Under the pieces are notes generated by a model. The model made no database searches. It saw nothing but the letters and a program-made list of their open reading frames with translations, and had not been told where the DNA came from. Below are positions 24,866 to 34,480 of a stretch of DNA of 64,000 nucleotides, piece by piece. Positions within the stretch are counted from its first letter, which is position 1; the number at the start of each line of letters is the position of its first letter. A program made the translations under genes and the position numbers. Source of the stretch: Lachnospiraceae bacterium (GTDB lineage: Bacteria > Bacillota > Clostridia > Lachnospirales > Lachnospiraceae); assembly GCA_017618195.1 (NCBI GenBank), contig JAFZUW010000013.1, positions 9,223 to 73,222 on the forward strand, given 5' to 3'.

Positions 24866-25756
24866 TTACTGATAGGCTTCCATCCGTTTCAGGCACTCCT
24901 TCGCGGTATTATCGCCGAAGCACTGAAGCTTCAGCGCGAAATCCCCCGCAAAGTATGCTGTCAGAGCTTTCCGCTGTTCCTCACCAAGAGCGGGAAATGC
25001 CATCACCGCCTCACAAACCGCTGCTGCCAGTTCCGTCTTTTCTTCCGTGCTTTGTTCCGGCCCGCAGAACCATATTTCTTTCGAAATCTTGTTCAACAGA
25101 AACTTTCCGAGTTCCGTAATGTTCCCTGCAAGCGCCGACGCAAATTCCGGCGTATCCTTCGAAAACAGCTGCTCGCTCTTCTGTCCGGCAGTCTGGTACC
25201 AGTCCGGCAGTTCTCTTCGGTAAAGCGCGAGCGCCTCTTCGGTCTTTCCCGCGGCGTGAAGAAGCTTTCCCTTCATCACATAGGCGTCTCTTCTGAGAAA
25301 CGCGTCGGTACATCCGTTCAGTATCCGGCCGCACAGGCTGTCGATCTCATCGCAGTGTTGCAGAAGCACTGCAGGGTCGTTATCCGCGTATCCGCCGGCC
25401 AGGTCCCACATGTAGCAGCTCATCACGCGGTAATCGTTCGGATACCGCGTATAAGCATCCGCCGAGAGCGTCAGCAAACCTCCGAAACGGCCCTCCTCAG
25501 CCGCCTTCGCGTGCGCATTCAAAAACTCCTGTATCTCCAGTTCCACCGCACAGGCATCATAGCTCATCAGTTCATCAATCGTAACCTGAAAGAAGTAGGC
25601 GAGTTTCGGAAGCAGTGCGATGTCCGGCATTGTCTCGCCGCGTTCCCATTTGCTCACGGCTACCGAAGACACGTTGAGCGCCTCCGCAAGCTGTTCCTGC
25701 GTAACCTTCCTCTGCGTACGCAGGCGTTTGATATTGTCTCCGATCCGAATTGTCAT
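24866..25756 (-). CDS. XRE-family HTH regulator with a long helical (TPR-like) C-terminal domain
   Basis: N-terminus IGDNIKRLRTQRKVTQEQLAEALNVSSVAVSKWERGETMPD, followed by about 230 aa of helical repeats. The start is at MTIRIG, 8 nt after AGGA. Confidence 0.75.
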   Translation of the reverse strand: MTIRIGDNIKRLRTQRKVTQEQLAEALNVSSVAVSKWERGETMPDIALLPKLAYFFQVTIDELMSYDACAVELEIQEFLNAHAKAAEEGRFGGLLTLSADAYTRYPNDYRVMSCYMWDLAGGYADNDPAVLLQHCDEIDSLCGRILNGCTDAFLRRDAYVMKGKLLHAAGKTEEALALYRRELPDWYQTAGQKSEQLFSKDTPEFASALAGNITELGKFLLNKISKEIWFCGPEQSTEEKTELAAAVCEAVMAFPALGEEQRKALTAYFAGDFALKLQCFGDNTAKECLKRMEAYQ

Positions 25757-25917
25757 AAGTATCATCCTTTCACAGTTTATTACGATATCGCAATTTCAGT
25801 ATACCCGATCGGTGTGTTGTTTCCAGATAATGAATGGTTGATATGGCTTAACCTCCAGTTAATATTTTAACTTATATCGTCTTGCCCGTCTATCGTCCGA
25901 GCCGGTTATTCCGCATC

Positions 25918-25940
25918 AAAAAAGCCCGCATTAAGCGGGC
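25918..25940 (-). terminator. Rho-independent terminator after the membrane metallophosphoesterase gene
   Basis: Minus strand: GCCCGC-ttaat-GCGGGC followed by TTTTTT. Confidence 0.8.
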
Positions 25941-26027
25941 TCTCCTAATCTGCAGGGTGTCTTCTGCTTTATCATTGCCGTGATCTGCTCAAAATCATCG
26001 TTCCCGGTATAAAGCCGGCAGCGGTTT

Positions 26028-27134
26028 TCATTTCACATTCCCGACAAGATCGATTATCACATACTCCGACTTCGTGCCGGTCTTGAAGTCGAGTGCCCAG
26101 CAGGAGATTCCGGACGTTACGAGGAATGTCGTGCTGTTCCGCTTCTCCATACCGTAGGAGCGGTCGTCCGCGCCGCTTAAACGTCCGATCAGGCCGATCG
26201 GTATCATCTGCCCGCCGTGCGTATGTCCCGAGAGGACAAGGTCCGGACCGGCCTCCGCCTCCGCCTTATAATCATTCGGCTGGTGGTTGAGAACGATCGT
26301 ATACAGGCTCGGATCTATGCCTTCCATCAGTTCCGCCATGCCCTTCCGGCTGCGGTCGCTGCGATCCTTACGGCCGATCAGGCATACACCGCTGCTCAGC
26401 ATGACATTTGCGTCCTCGAGAATCGTTACGCCGTTCTCCCGAAGGTTCGCCGCAAGCTCGTCTGCGGTAAAGCCGCGGCTGTTATAGTATCCTTTGTCGT
26501 GATTGCCGTACACGAAATAAACGCCGTACTTCGCTTCGAATCCACCGAGTGCCTGTCCCGCGCGGAGCATGTCCTCCTTTGTCGAACTGTCATCCACATA
26601 ATCGCCGACGATCACGAGGACGTCCGGCTTCAGCTTCTGGATCTCCGCGAGATGCCGGGCGAAGCCTTCGCCGTCAAAAGTGCTTCCTACGTGGCAGTCC
26701 GCGATCAAAGCGATCCGGAGCTTCTGCTGCCCGAGATCCTTTTCGGTGAGGATTGTGTAACTCTTGCGGGAAACCTGATGCGCGCAATAGTAGCCGATCA
26801 CAAGATAAACCGCACACGCGAGGATTGCAATCCATGCTGCGGCGTATGCTTTGGCCTTTTTCTTTCCTTTGCCGCGCTTTGAGAAAAGCAGAAACAGCAA
26901 GTCCGCGGCTATCCAGAATACGGTCAGGTGAATCAATACGATCACCGCATTTACGAAATCCCAGACCGCAAATCCCGCGAAAACGGCAAGCGGAATCAGG
27001 CGTACGACCCATCGGCCGAACGCATTCTTCCCCGCAATCTTACCGAGCAGCGGAAAATGTGACATCCTGCTTCCGAGGTAGATCAGACTGCCTATCATCA
27101 GGATGCATACCGCGATTAAAACTATCGTCCACAT
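26028..27134 (-). CDS. Membrane-anchored calcineurin-like metallophosphoesterase (YkuE-like)
   Basis: N-terminal TM helices, then the MPE motifs IADCHVG, GDYVDD, GNHD and SGHTHGGQ. Confidence 0.8.
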   Translation of the reverse strand: MWTIVLIAVCILMIGSLIYLGSRMSHFPLLGKIAGKNAFGRWVVRLIPLAVFAGFAVWDFVNAVIVLIHLTVFWIAADLLFLLFSKRGKGKKKAKAYAAAWIAILACAVYLVIGYYCAHQVSRKSYTILTEKDLGQQKLRIALIADCHVGSTFDGEGFARHLAEIQKLKPDVLVIVGDYVDDSSTKEDMLRAGQALGGFEAKYGVYFVYGNHDKGYYNSRGFTADELAANLRENGVTILEDANVMLSSGVCLIGRKDRSDRSRKGMAELMEGIDPSLYTIVLNHQPNDYKAEAEAGPDLVLSGHTHGGQMIPIGLIGRLSGADDRSYGMEKRNSTTFLVTSGISCWALDFKTGTKSEYVIIDLVGNVK

Positions 27135-27179
27135 GCTTTGTTCTCCTGCAAATCAGCCGCCCGAAGGCGGCTGGTTATA

Positions 27180-29150
27180 TTATTCTTTGCCCGCGAAATA
27201 CGAAGAATCACCGCTCGGGAAGTCCGCGAAAACACTGCCCGGATCCCCGGCCTTTGCTATTGCTTCGGCCTGTTCTTTTGCTTTAGCTTCTTCGGAAGCC
27301 TCAATCTTCTCCATGTTGCCGAGAGGACGGTTGAACTGCGTATTGTAAAGCTCGGTGTATACGCCGCCGAGTTTAACAAGCTCGCTGTGCTGGCCGCGCT
27401 CCACGATTGCTCCGTCCTTCACGACGAGAATTTCGTCGGCCGCAAGGATCGTCGAAAGACGGTGCGCGATCAGAATACTCGTGCGCTCTTCGATGATCGG
27501 ATCGATTGCTTCCTGAATCTTGCTTTCCGAGATGGAATCAAGCGCCGAGGTTGCCTCGTCGAAGATCAGAAGCGCCGGATTCTTTAACAGTACTCTTGCG
27601 ATCGAGATACGCTGCTTCTCACCGCCCGACAGCTTCAGTCCGCGGTTTCCGACCATCGTATCAAGACCTGCCTCCTGGGAGGAGATGAAATCGTAAATGT
27701 TGGCCTTCTTGCAGGCTTCGATCATTTCTTCTTCGGTTGCATCTTCCTTCGCGTATAAGAGGTTCTCGCGGATCGTTCCGTTAAAGAGGTATGTCTCCTG
27801 TGATACTACGCCGACATTCTTACGAAGGAACGCCAGATCGAGTTTGCGGACGTCGATTCCGCCGAACCGTACCGCGCCTTTCTGAACATCATAGAGACGA
27901 GGGATCAGATTGATGATCGTACTCTTACCAGAGCCTGACGGCCCGACGATCGCAATGCTGTGCCCGCTCTCCAGGCGGAAGGAAACGTCTTTAAGAATCT
28001 TTCTCTCCGGATCATACGAGAAATCAACATGGTCAAACTGAACTTCGCCGTTTGTGTAATCGGGAGTAACCGCATCGGGCGCATTTTCAATCTCAACCGG
28101 CATATCGAAATACTCGAAGATACGGGTAAAGAGTGCCATCGAACGCATCCAGTCAACCTGAATATTTAACAGGTTGTTGACCGGCATATAGGTACGTCCG
28201 AGCAGTCCCACAAGTACGGTAATGTCACCGGGGGAGATGTTCTTATGGTAATCAATGATCAAAATACCGCCGACCAGGTACAAAAGCATGGGACCGATGT
28301 TCGTAACGGTATTGAGTACGACGAAGAACCAGCGGCCTGCCATGCGTTCACGGATATTGAGGCGGATCATGCGGCCGTTCGCATCCTTGTAGCGCCCGTA
28401 CTCCCGCTCTTCCTTGCCGAAAAGCTTTACGAGAAGCTGTCCGCTTACCGACATCGTCTCGTTCAGGATACCGTTGATCTCGTCGTTACACTGCTGTGCT
28501 TCGCCGGTCAGTTTCCAACGCGTCTTGCCGGCCTTTCTCGTCGGGATAACGAACAACGGGATAATGCAGACACCGAGCAGCGCAAGCATCCAGTTCATCC
28601 GGAACATCATCACAAGCGCTACGATCAGCGTGATGGAGTTCGAGAGAATGTTACGGAAGGTATTCGTGATAACGGATTCAACACCCGAGATATCACTCGT
28701 CATACGGGTGATGATATCGCCCTGGTTGTTCGATGTGAAGAACCGCTGCGACATCTTCTGCAGATGTTTGAACATCTGGTTACGCATATCGTACGTGATG
28801 TGCTGCGCGATCCACGCGTTCAGATATGCCTCCAGTACGCCGATCAGGTTGGATGCCAGCGTCAGACCGAACGACGCGATGATCAGAATGATCAGCATCT
28901 TCTTGTTCCGGCCGATGATACCTTCATCGAGAATCTTACCTGTCAGTACCGAAGGGTACAGTGACATTACGGAGGAAACCGCGATACATACAAGTACAAA
29001 TGCAAACTGTTTCCAATACGGTGTGAGATACGAAAATACTCTTTTCAGCAGAGCTTTCGTGATCTTCGGCTGGTTCGCTTTCTCCTCTTCCGTCATGAAG
29101 CCCCTCGCAAAAGGGCCCCCTCCTCCCATACGTCCGCCTCCGCCTGCCAT
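27180..29150 (-). CDS. ABC exporter, fused TMD-NBD half-transporter (MsbA/multidrug-like)
   Basis: Six-TM ABC_membrane region, Walker A GPSGSGKST, signature LSGGEKQRISIARVL and Walker B LIFDEATS. It also has a Gly-rich N-terminus (MAGGGGRMGGGGPF) and an acidic/Ala-rich C-terminal tail. Confidence 0.9.
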   Translation of the reverse strand: MAGGGGRMGGGGPFARGFMTEEEKANQPKITKALLKRVFSYLTPYWKQFAFVLVCIAVSSVMSLYPSVLTGKILDEGIIGRNKKMLIILIIASFGLTLASNLIGVLEAYLNAWIAQHITYDMRNQMFKHLQKMSQRFFTSNNQGDIITRMTSDISGVESVITNTFRNILSNSITLIVALVMMFRMNWMLALLGVCIIPLFVIPTRKAGKTRWKLTGEAQQCNDEINGILNETMSVSGQLLVKLFGKEEREYGRYKDANGRMIRLNIRERMAGRWFFVVLNTVTNIGPMLLYLVGGILIIDYHKNISPGDITVLVGLLGRTYMPVNNLLNIQVDWMRSMALFTRIFEYFDMPVEIENAPDAVTPDYTNGEVQFDHVDFSYDPERKILKDVSFRLESGHSIAIVGPSGSGKSTIINLIPRLYDVQKGAVRFGGIDVRKLDLAFLRKNVGVVSQETYLFNGTIRENLLYAKEDATEEEMIEACKKANIYDFISSQEAGLDTMVGNRGLKLSGGEKQRISIARVLLKNPALLIFDEATSALDSISESKIQEAIDPIIEERTSILIAHRLSTILAADEILVVKDGAIVERGQHSELVKLGGVYTELYNTQFNRPLGNMEKIEASEEAKAKEQAEAIAKAGDPGSVFADFPSGDSSYFAGKE

Positions 29151-29246
29151 AGGCTTAGTCTCCTTTCTGCACGGTAGAAATTAAACGCCTTATCTTAAGC
29201 CCGAAAAGCATTCTTTCCGGGCTGTTTCCTTCATCTAACGGTTTTT

Positions 29247-29774
29247 TCAGACTCTGTAAACGTAGTTCTCCTTACGGGGAGCGGGTGCATTTGCCGGTCC
29301 GGCGGCATAGCCGAGTGCGCAATGGCCGATTCCCTCGTAGTCGCCCTCGATACCGAGCTTCTTCATCAGATTCTTACCGAAATCCGCCTCGAATTCTTCC
29401 TTCGCGCGGTGGATCCAGATGCTTGCAACGCCGAGACTCTCGGCTGCATTCATAAGATTGCCCATAACAAGCGCGCCGTCATAAATATGAGTTACAACGG
29501 ATTTGTCAGCAAGGACGATCAAAATCACGGGTGCTCCGTAGAACGGATCATAGCCGTCCTGGGAACCGATGACTCTGCGGTTGGCTTCCATCAGCTCGTT
29601 CCGCACTTCGGGATCCGTAACCGCGATGATGATCGGGCTCTGGCGTCCCATTCCGGTTGCCGCATAGGTGCCTGCCTTCAGAATCTGCTGCAGCACATCC
29701 TCGGGGATCATCTTGTCGGGAATGAAATTCCGGCAGCTGCGTCTCTGCTCCAATACCTTTAACGTTTCGTTCAT
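29247..29774 (-). CDS. Nitroreductase-family protein
   Basis: N-terminus MNETLKVLEQRRSCRNF, typical of FMN nitroreductases. The start is trimmed to this Met, preceded by GAGGAGGAAGG. Confidence 0.85.
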   Translation of the reverse strand: MNETLKVLEQRRSCRNFIPDKMIPEDVLQQILKAGTYAATGMGRQSPIIIAVTDPEVRNELMEANRRVIGSQDGYDPFYGAPVILIVLADKSVVTHIYDGALVMGNLMNAAESLGVASIWIHRAKEEFEADFGKNLMKKLGIEGDYEGIGHCALGYAAGPANAPAPRKENYVYRV

Positions 29775-29930
29775 AATACCTTCCTCCTCACATAAATAGT
29801 TTTTGTGTACCCTTTTCCGCCGGGACAATCGTCCGATTCCCCGTATAATCCCAGTTTACGGGCACGGGGAGGTTTCTTACAATAGAAAATCGTATACAGT
29901 GCTTGTGTAATTCTTGTTTCGACCTCTTCT

Positions 29931-31403
29931 TTAAAGCAGCATTCCGACTGCTTCCTTCCATCCGCGGATGCGCTCCTCCCGCTCGAAATCGCTCATTGCC
30001 GGGCGGAACAGGCTGTCGCCGGTATTTCCTTCCGCAATCTCCTTCTCATCCTTCCAGAAACCGGTAGCGAGTCCCGCAAGATATGCGGCACCGAGCGCGG
30101 TCGTCTCCACGCAGGAAGGCCTTACCACGCATGTATTGCTGATATCCGCCTGCGTCTGCAGGAGATAATTATTGACGCTTGCGCCGCCGTCCACGCGGAG
30201 CGTTCCGACCATGCGGCCGGCATCCTGCTCCATCGCCGTTACGATGTCATTTACCTGATACACGATCGCGTCAAGCGCCGCCCGGATAATATGATAACGT
30301 CCGACGCCGCGCGTAAGCCCCGTAATGACTCCCTTTGCCTCCGGACGCCAATAGGGCGCTCCGAGGCCGGTAAATGCGGGCACGATGTAGCATCCGTTCG
30401 TATCGTTTACTTTGCGGGCGAGTTCTTCGGTCTCCGATGCCGACTTGATCAGTCCGATCTCGTCGCGGAGCCATTGCACGATTGCGCCGCCCATGAATAC
30501 CGAACCCTCAAGCGCATAGGTTACCTTTCCGTTCCGCCCCCATGCGATTGTTGTAACGAGTCCGTTCTTTGAGGTGATCGGAGTTTCGCCGATGTTCATC
30601 AAAAGGAAGCATCCGGTCCCGTACGTATTCTTCATGTCCCCGACGGCGTATGCCTTCTGCCCGAACAACGCCGCCTGCTGGTCGCCCGCCGCGCCTGCGA
30701 TCCGGATCGGTCCGCCGAGAAATTCCGGCGCCGACTCTCCGTAAAGCTCGCTGTTTCCGACCGGCGTCGGGAGCATGCACATCGGGATTCCGAGAAGCCC
30801 GCAGATTTCCTCATCCCAACTGAGCGTATGAATGTTAAAGAGCATCGTGCGGCTCGCATTGCTGTAATCCGTCACGTGCTTCGTTCCTTTGGTCAGTTTC
30901 CAGATCAGCCACGTTTCCACGGTTCCGAACAGCAGCTCGCCTCGTTCCGCTCGCTCTCTTGCCCCTTCCACGCGGTCTAATATCCATGCAAGCTTGGTCG
31001 CGGAGAAATACGGGTCGACAACGAGTCCGGTCTTTTCGCGGATCCGCTCCGCGTACGGCATAAGCCGGTCGCAGTAATCGGTCGTGCGGCGGCACTGCCA
31101 CACGATCGCGTTATATACCGGACGTCCGGTCTCCCGTTCCCATACGATCGTCGTTTCGCGCTGGTTTGTGATTCCGATAGAATCAATCCGGGAGGCATCG
31201 ATTCCCGCCTTGCTCATCGCCTCCACCGCAACACCGAGCTGCGCGGACCAGAGCTCCATCGGGTCGTGCTCCACCCATCCCGCCTGCGGATAGTACTGCG
31301 TGATCTCCTTCTGCGCTACGCTGACGATCTGTCCGTCATGATTGAATATTACCGCACGCTCCGATGTCGTGCCGGCGTCAAATGCCATCACATAACGTTC
31401 CAT
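29931..31403 (-). CDS. glpK: Glycerol kinase
   Basis: [26 protein letters not shown] and full-length FGGY kinase similarity. Confidence 0.95.
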   Translation of the reverse strand: MERYVMAFDAGTTSERAVIFNHDGQIVSVAQKEITQYYPQAGWVEHDPMELWSAQLGVAVEAMSKAGIDASRIDSIGITNQRETTIVWERETGRPVYNAIVWQCRRTTDYCDRLMPYAERIREKTGLVVDPYFSATKLAWILDRVEGARERAERGELLFGTVETWLIWKLTKGTKHVTDYSNASRTMLFNIHTLSWDEEICGLLGIPMCMLPTPVGNSELYGESAPEFLGGPIRIAGAAGDQQAALFGQKAYAVGDMKNTYGTGCFLLMNIGETPITSKNGLVTTIAWGRNGKVTYALEGSVFMGGAIVQWLRDEIGLIKSASETEELARKVNDTNGCYIVPAFTGLGAPYWRPEAKGVITGLTRGVGRYHIIRAALDAIVYQVNDIVTAMEQDAGRMVGTLRVDGGASVNNYLLQTQADISNTCVVRPSCVETTALGAAYLAGLATGFWKDEKEIAEGNTGDSLFRPAMSDFEREERIRGWKEAVGMLL

Positions 31404-32359
31404 TCCGTTTCTCCTTCCTGTCCGGTAAGAAACCGGAGCACATCTTCGCGCACGGTCTCTTTGCAGCGCTCGCGAAGGATTTCGTGGCGCATGCCGGGAT
31501 ACATTTTCCCCTTCGTATCGGAATAGCCCTGCTTCTTAAGAAGCCGCACCGCGTCACTGAGTTTCTTCTCGGAAACGGCGCACGGATCGTCCTGTCCCGA
31601 GAAGAACCGGATCGGAAGCGCCGGATTCTTCATGGCATATCCGCCGTCTTTATAAGTAAGCATCGTCATGCCGATCAGATTGATATGTCCGTTCAGCGTG
31701 AAGCGGAAACCGCACAGCGGGTCATCCAGATACATCCGGACCTGTTCGGGGTCGGAGTTGGTCCAGGCAAACGGTCTGCCTTCCTTCCGAAACGGTTTTT
31801 CAAATGCGCCGCCTACCAGAAAATCCACGAGCCTTGAGTGTCCTTTTCCGCCCTTGAAGAGCGCGATCGTCTTCGCAATCAGAAGCCCCGGAAGCATTCC
31901 TCCTCGTTTGGAAGGGCATCCGAACAGGCATACCCGGTCAACCATGTCGTCGTATTTTCGAAGGAAGCACCTCGTAATCAGCGTTCCCATACTGTGCGCC
32001 AATAAAACGCACGGAACGTTCTTTCCGGCCCGCTCCGCCGTGTACGCCTTCGTTTCGTCTGTGATTTCCTTAAGATCCTCGATGAAGCCATTGTAGCCCG
32101 CATCGTACAGATATCCGAGATCTTCCGGGGTGCGGACGCTTCCGCCGTGCCCGCGAAGATCGAAAATAACCGTAACATATCCGTGCTCCGAAAGAAATGC
32201 GACCGTCTCGTCGTATCTTCCCTTATGCTCGCACATGCCGTGTACGATCACTGCGCTTCCGATGATTTCGGAAGCGTCGTCCGGCTCGGTTCTCGTCACG
32301 CACAGTTCCAGTCCGTCCGTTCGGGAAACATGCCGGTAATCCGTTTTCTTACATGCCAT
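31388..32359 (-). CDS. Alpha/beta hydrolase (lysophospholipase / monoacylglycerol-lipase-like)
   Basis: HG oxyanion motif VIVHGMCEH and nucleophile elbow LLAHSMGT. It overlaps glpK by 16 nt. Confidence 0.8.
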   Translation of the reverse strand: MACKKTDYRHVSRTDGLELCVTRTEPDDASEIIGSAVIVHGMCEHKGRYDETVAFLSEHGYVTVIFDLRGHGGSVRTPEDLGYLYDAGYNGFIEDLKEITDETKAYTAERAGKNVPCVLLAHSMGTLITRCFLRKYDDMVDRVCLFGCPSKRGGMLPGLLIAKTIALFKGGKGHSRLVDFLVGGAFEKPFRKEGRPFAWTNSDPEQVRMYLDDPLCGFRFTLNGHINLIGMTMLTYKDGGYAMKNPALPIRFFSGQDDPCAVSEKKLSDAVRLLKKQGYSDTKGKMYPGMRHEILRERCKETVREDVLRFLTGQEGETEWNVM

Positions 32360-32459
32360 ATCTTATTCCGTCCTCTTTTCTATTCCGCGCTATCGTCAGC
32401 GCTTTTCGGCACTTTGCGCTGCGCTTTCTTTTACTTTTCTTCGGCTGCTTGGTACTGCG

Positions 32460-33035
32460 TTACTGCTCGCTCTCCTCATCCTCTTCGGGTTCCTCGTCGC
32501 GGAACTTATAATGGTTCCTTCGGATCGAACCGAGTATGAACAGAAACACCAGAAGCAGACCGCCGCACAGATATATTGCGTCCCTTGTAACTCCCGGGAT
32601 CAATTCCCCGAGTGCGAGTACTTCTTTGCTTTCCGCGATGTAGCAGCCGATCAGCGCAGTCAGGAGAAGCGCCGCGATCAGATCGACGATTCCGAACAGG
32701 CTCCTTGACGGATCCACATCCGAAATGAGCTCAACATCAAGCGTTTCCGCAAGCTCGTACGCGCCTTTCGTAAAGCTTGCATTTGTGATCACCATCGCCC
32801 GGTCGCAGCCGTAAAAGGATGCGCCGGCGTAAACCTCCTGAACGGCTTTGTTTCCGACCGGAGTGGCGTAGTATTTGCATTGAACGGCGTATGTCTTACG
32901 GTGTTTCTTACATAAAATGTCAACGCCCTGATCCCGGCTTGCCTTCGTTACGCGCACTTTGCGGAAGCCCTTCCGCCGAAGGTATTCCGCGCAGACTTTT
33001 TCGTAATCGTATCCGGTGATTGCTCTCCTTGCCAT
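32460..33035 (-). CDS. Mrr_cat-type restriction-endonuclease-fold domain protein with two C-terminal TM helices and an acidic tail
   Basis: YEKVCAEYLRRKGFRKVRVTKASRDQGVDILCKKHRKTYAVQCKYY (D...D-x-K/QxK PD-(D/E)xK pattern), followed by 2 TM helices. The start is trimmed to MARRAITG, preceded by GGGGGA. Confidence 0.65.
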   Translation of the reverse strand: MARRAITGYDYEKVCAEYLRRKGFRKVRVTKASRDQGVDILCKKHRKTYAVQCKYYATPVGNKAVQEVYAGASFYGCDRAMVITNASFTKGAYELAETLDVELISDVDPSRSLFGIVDLIAALLLTALIGCYIAESKEVLALGELIPGVTRDAIYLCGGLLLVFLFILGSIRRNHYKFRDEEPEEDEESEQ

Positions 33036-33065
33036 GCATTCACGTCCCCCTTTTCCGTTCTGATT

Positions 33066-33074
33066 ATTATACCA
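33066..33074 (-). promoter_or_regulatory. Extended -10 promoter element upstream of the Mrr_cat gene
   Basis: TGgTATAAT on the minus strand. Confidence 0.45.
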
Positions 33075-33099
33075 TATCCCGAGGGAAGGCGCAATCTGA

Positions 33100-33131
33100 G
33101 GCAAAAACAAAAAGCCCTCCGAACGGAAGGC
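33100..33131 (-). terminator. Rho-independent terminator after the small secreted protein gene
   Basis: Minus strand: AGCCTTCC-gttc-GGAGGGCT followed by TTTTGTTTTTG. Confidence 0.75.
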
Positions 33132-33153
33132 TTTTCGCATGCATGATCGGACG

Positions 33154-33468
33154 TCAATACCCGTGATAATACATATTCGGGATGCCGGGATCCGTATAAC
33201 CGGTAAATACCGGCGTGCCGGGAATGCTTCCCCTGCCGAACTCAAGACCGCAATACGGACACCAGTCCTTAAAGAACGTCATTCCGAACAGATAAATGTT
33301 CGGATCGCCCTGCCAATAGGTTCTCACCGAAATATGCTTGCAGGTATAGCTTGCCGCGCTTTGCGCCTTTGCTTCCGGTGCCGGAGTGCCCTGTTTTACG
33401 GTTCCGATGCAGATTACGATCATCAGCATCGCCAGGGCAAGAGCTGTTCGTTTTACGATTTTCTTCAT
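33154..33468 (-). CDS. Small secreted protein with a WCPYC motif
   Basis: 104 aa with a signal peptide (MKKIVKRTALALAMLMIVICIGTV). The mature part is about 78 aa and contains FFKDWCPYCG. RBS GGGGG. Confidence 0.55.
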   Translation of the reverse strand: MKKIVKRTALALAMLMIVICIGTVKQGTPAPEAKAQSAASYTCKHISVRTYWQGDPNIYLFGMTFFKDWCPYCGLEFGRGSIPGTPVFTGYTDPGIPNMYYHGY

Positions 33469-33656
33469 TTTCGTAAACCCCCTTATAATATATTATTAAG
33501 GCTTTTGATTCGCCTTGCCTTGTATTATATAACAAAACTTTCAAATTTCCAAGTGTACTTTTAAAATTTTAGCATTTGGCTTTTAAATTTTTCGCATTTT
33601 AAGCGTCTTCGGAACGATTCCGGCGCAGCAATGGCATTTTCCTTCTCGGGAAAATG

Positions 33657-33665
33657 TGCTATAAT
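33657..33665 (+). promoter_or_regulatory. Extended -10 promoter for the tlpA-like operon
   Basis: GGGAAAATG-TGcTATAAT on the plus strand. The ATG that opens the 33654 ORF lies inside this element. Confidence 0.5.
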
Positions 33666-33758
33666 ATGCCCGATAAAGCACGGCCCGGCTTCCGTGGGGG
33701 GATTCGGGTACATCACAGAAAGGAATGCCGGAAGTCCATTCCGGTGAATGCATCATTT

Positions 33759-34397
33759 ATGTTTAAACTTACTAAAGGACTTCGTCCGATTATCCTGTTG
33801 TCCGTGTTCCTCATTATGACGGTTGTTCCGTGTTCCTGCGGCGGTTCTTCCACGCAGAGCTTCAATACGGCCGCTCCCACGCAGGCTGCCGATCCGACGG
33901 GCAGCGAATCAACGCCGAAGCCCAACCGCTTTCCGAACCGCCCGAATGCCGATCAGAAGACCGGCTCCGCAAAGGAACTCGCCAAAGGCGACGTGGCTCC
34001 CGAGTTCAGCGTTAAGCTCATCGACGGGACGACGTTCCGGATGTCCGACCACGACGACGGCGTTGTGCTTTTGAACTTCTGGGCGACCTGGTGCGGCCCG
34101 TGCGTAAAGGAAATGCCCGACCTGCAGAAGCTCTCGAATGACGGGATCGCGCACTTTACCGTGTGCTGCTTAAGCGTCGATGACAGCGCTTCCGATGTGA
34201 AAACCTTCTGCCAGAAGAATTCCTACAAGGAGTCTCTCTTCGGAACGGTAAGCGGAACCGCCATCGGCAGTTACTACCCGAGCGACTATATTCCGTACAC
34301 GCTCCTCATCAAAGACGGCATCGTACAGGAAATCTTCGTCGGTTCCCGCTCCTATGCGGATTACCGCAAGGCCGTGGATGCGGTCATGGGAAAATGA
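33759..34397 (+). CDS. TlpA/ResA-like thiol-disulfide oxidoreductase lipoprotein
   Basis: Thioredoxin-fold active site NFWATWCGPC. The signal/lipobox-like N-terminus is MFKLTKGLRPIILLSVFLIMTVVPCSCGG. The start is trimmed to this Met; a GTG at 33745 is an alternative. Confidence 0.85.
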   Translation: MFKLTKGLRPIILLSVFLIMTVVPCSCGGSSTQSFNTAAPTQAADPTGSESTPKPNRFPNRPNADQKTGSAKELAKGDVAPEFSVKLIDGTTFRMSDHDDGVVLLNFWATWCGPCVKEMPDLQKLSNDGIAHFTVCCLSVDDSASDVKTFCQKNSYKESLFGTVSGTAIGSYYPSDYIPYTLLIKDGIVQEIFVGSRSYADYRKAVDAVMGK

Positions 34398-34480
34398 TAC
34401 GGACAGCCCTGTACCGGTGAGAACCGCCAAGCCGGAAGGCCGCGGATACCGTCCGGGCCGATGATCCGAAAGGACTTATT

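Noticed and set aside
29775-29930. A hairpin (CCCCGT...ACGGGG) upstream of the nitroreductase gene, considered as a possible riboswitch.
   Set aside because: - It is a single 6-bp stem with a 20-nt loop.
- It has no terminator or RBS-sequestering partner and no resemblance to any riboswitch core I know.
33654-33758. The N-terminal 35 codons of the 247-aa TlpA ORF.
   Set aside because: - The ATG at 33654 sits inside the TGcTATAAT promoter element.
- The extension precedes the signal peptide.
- I moved the start to 33759 (or the GTG at 33745).
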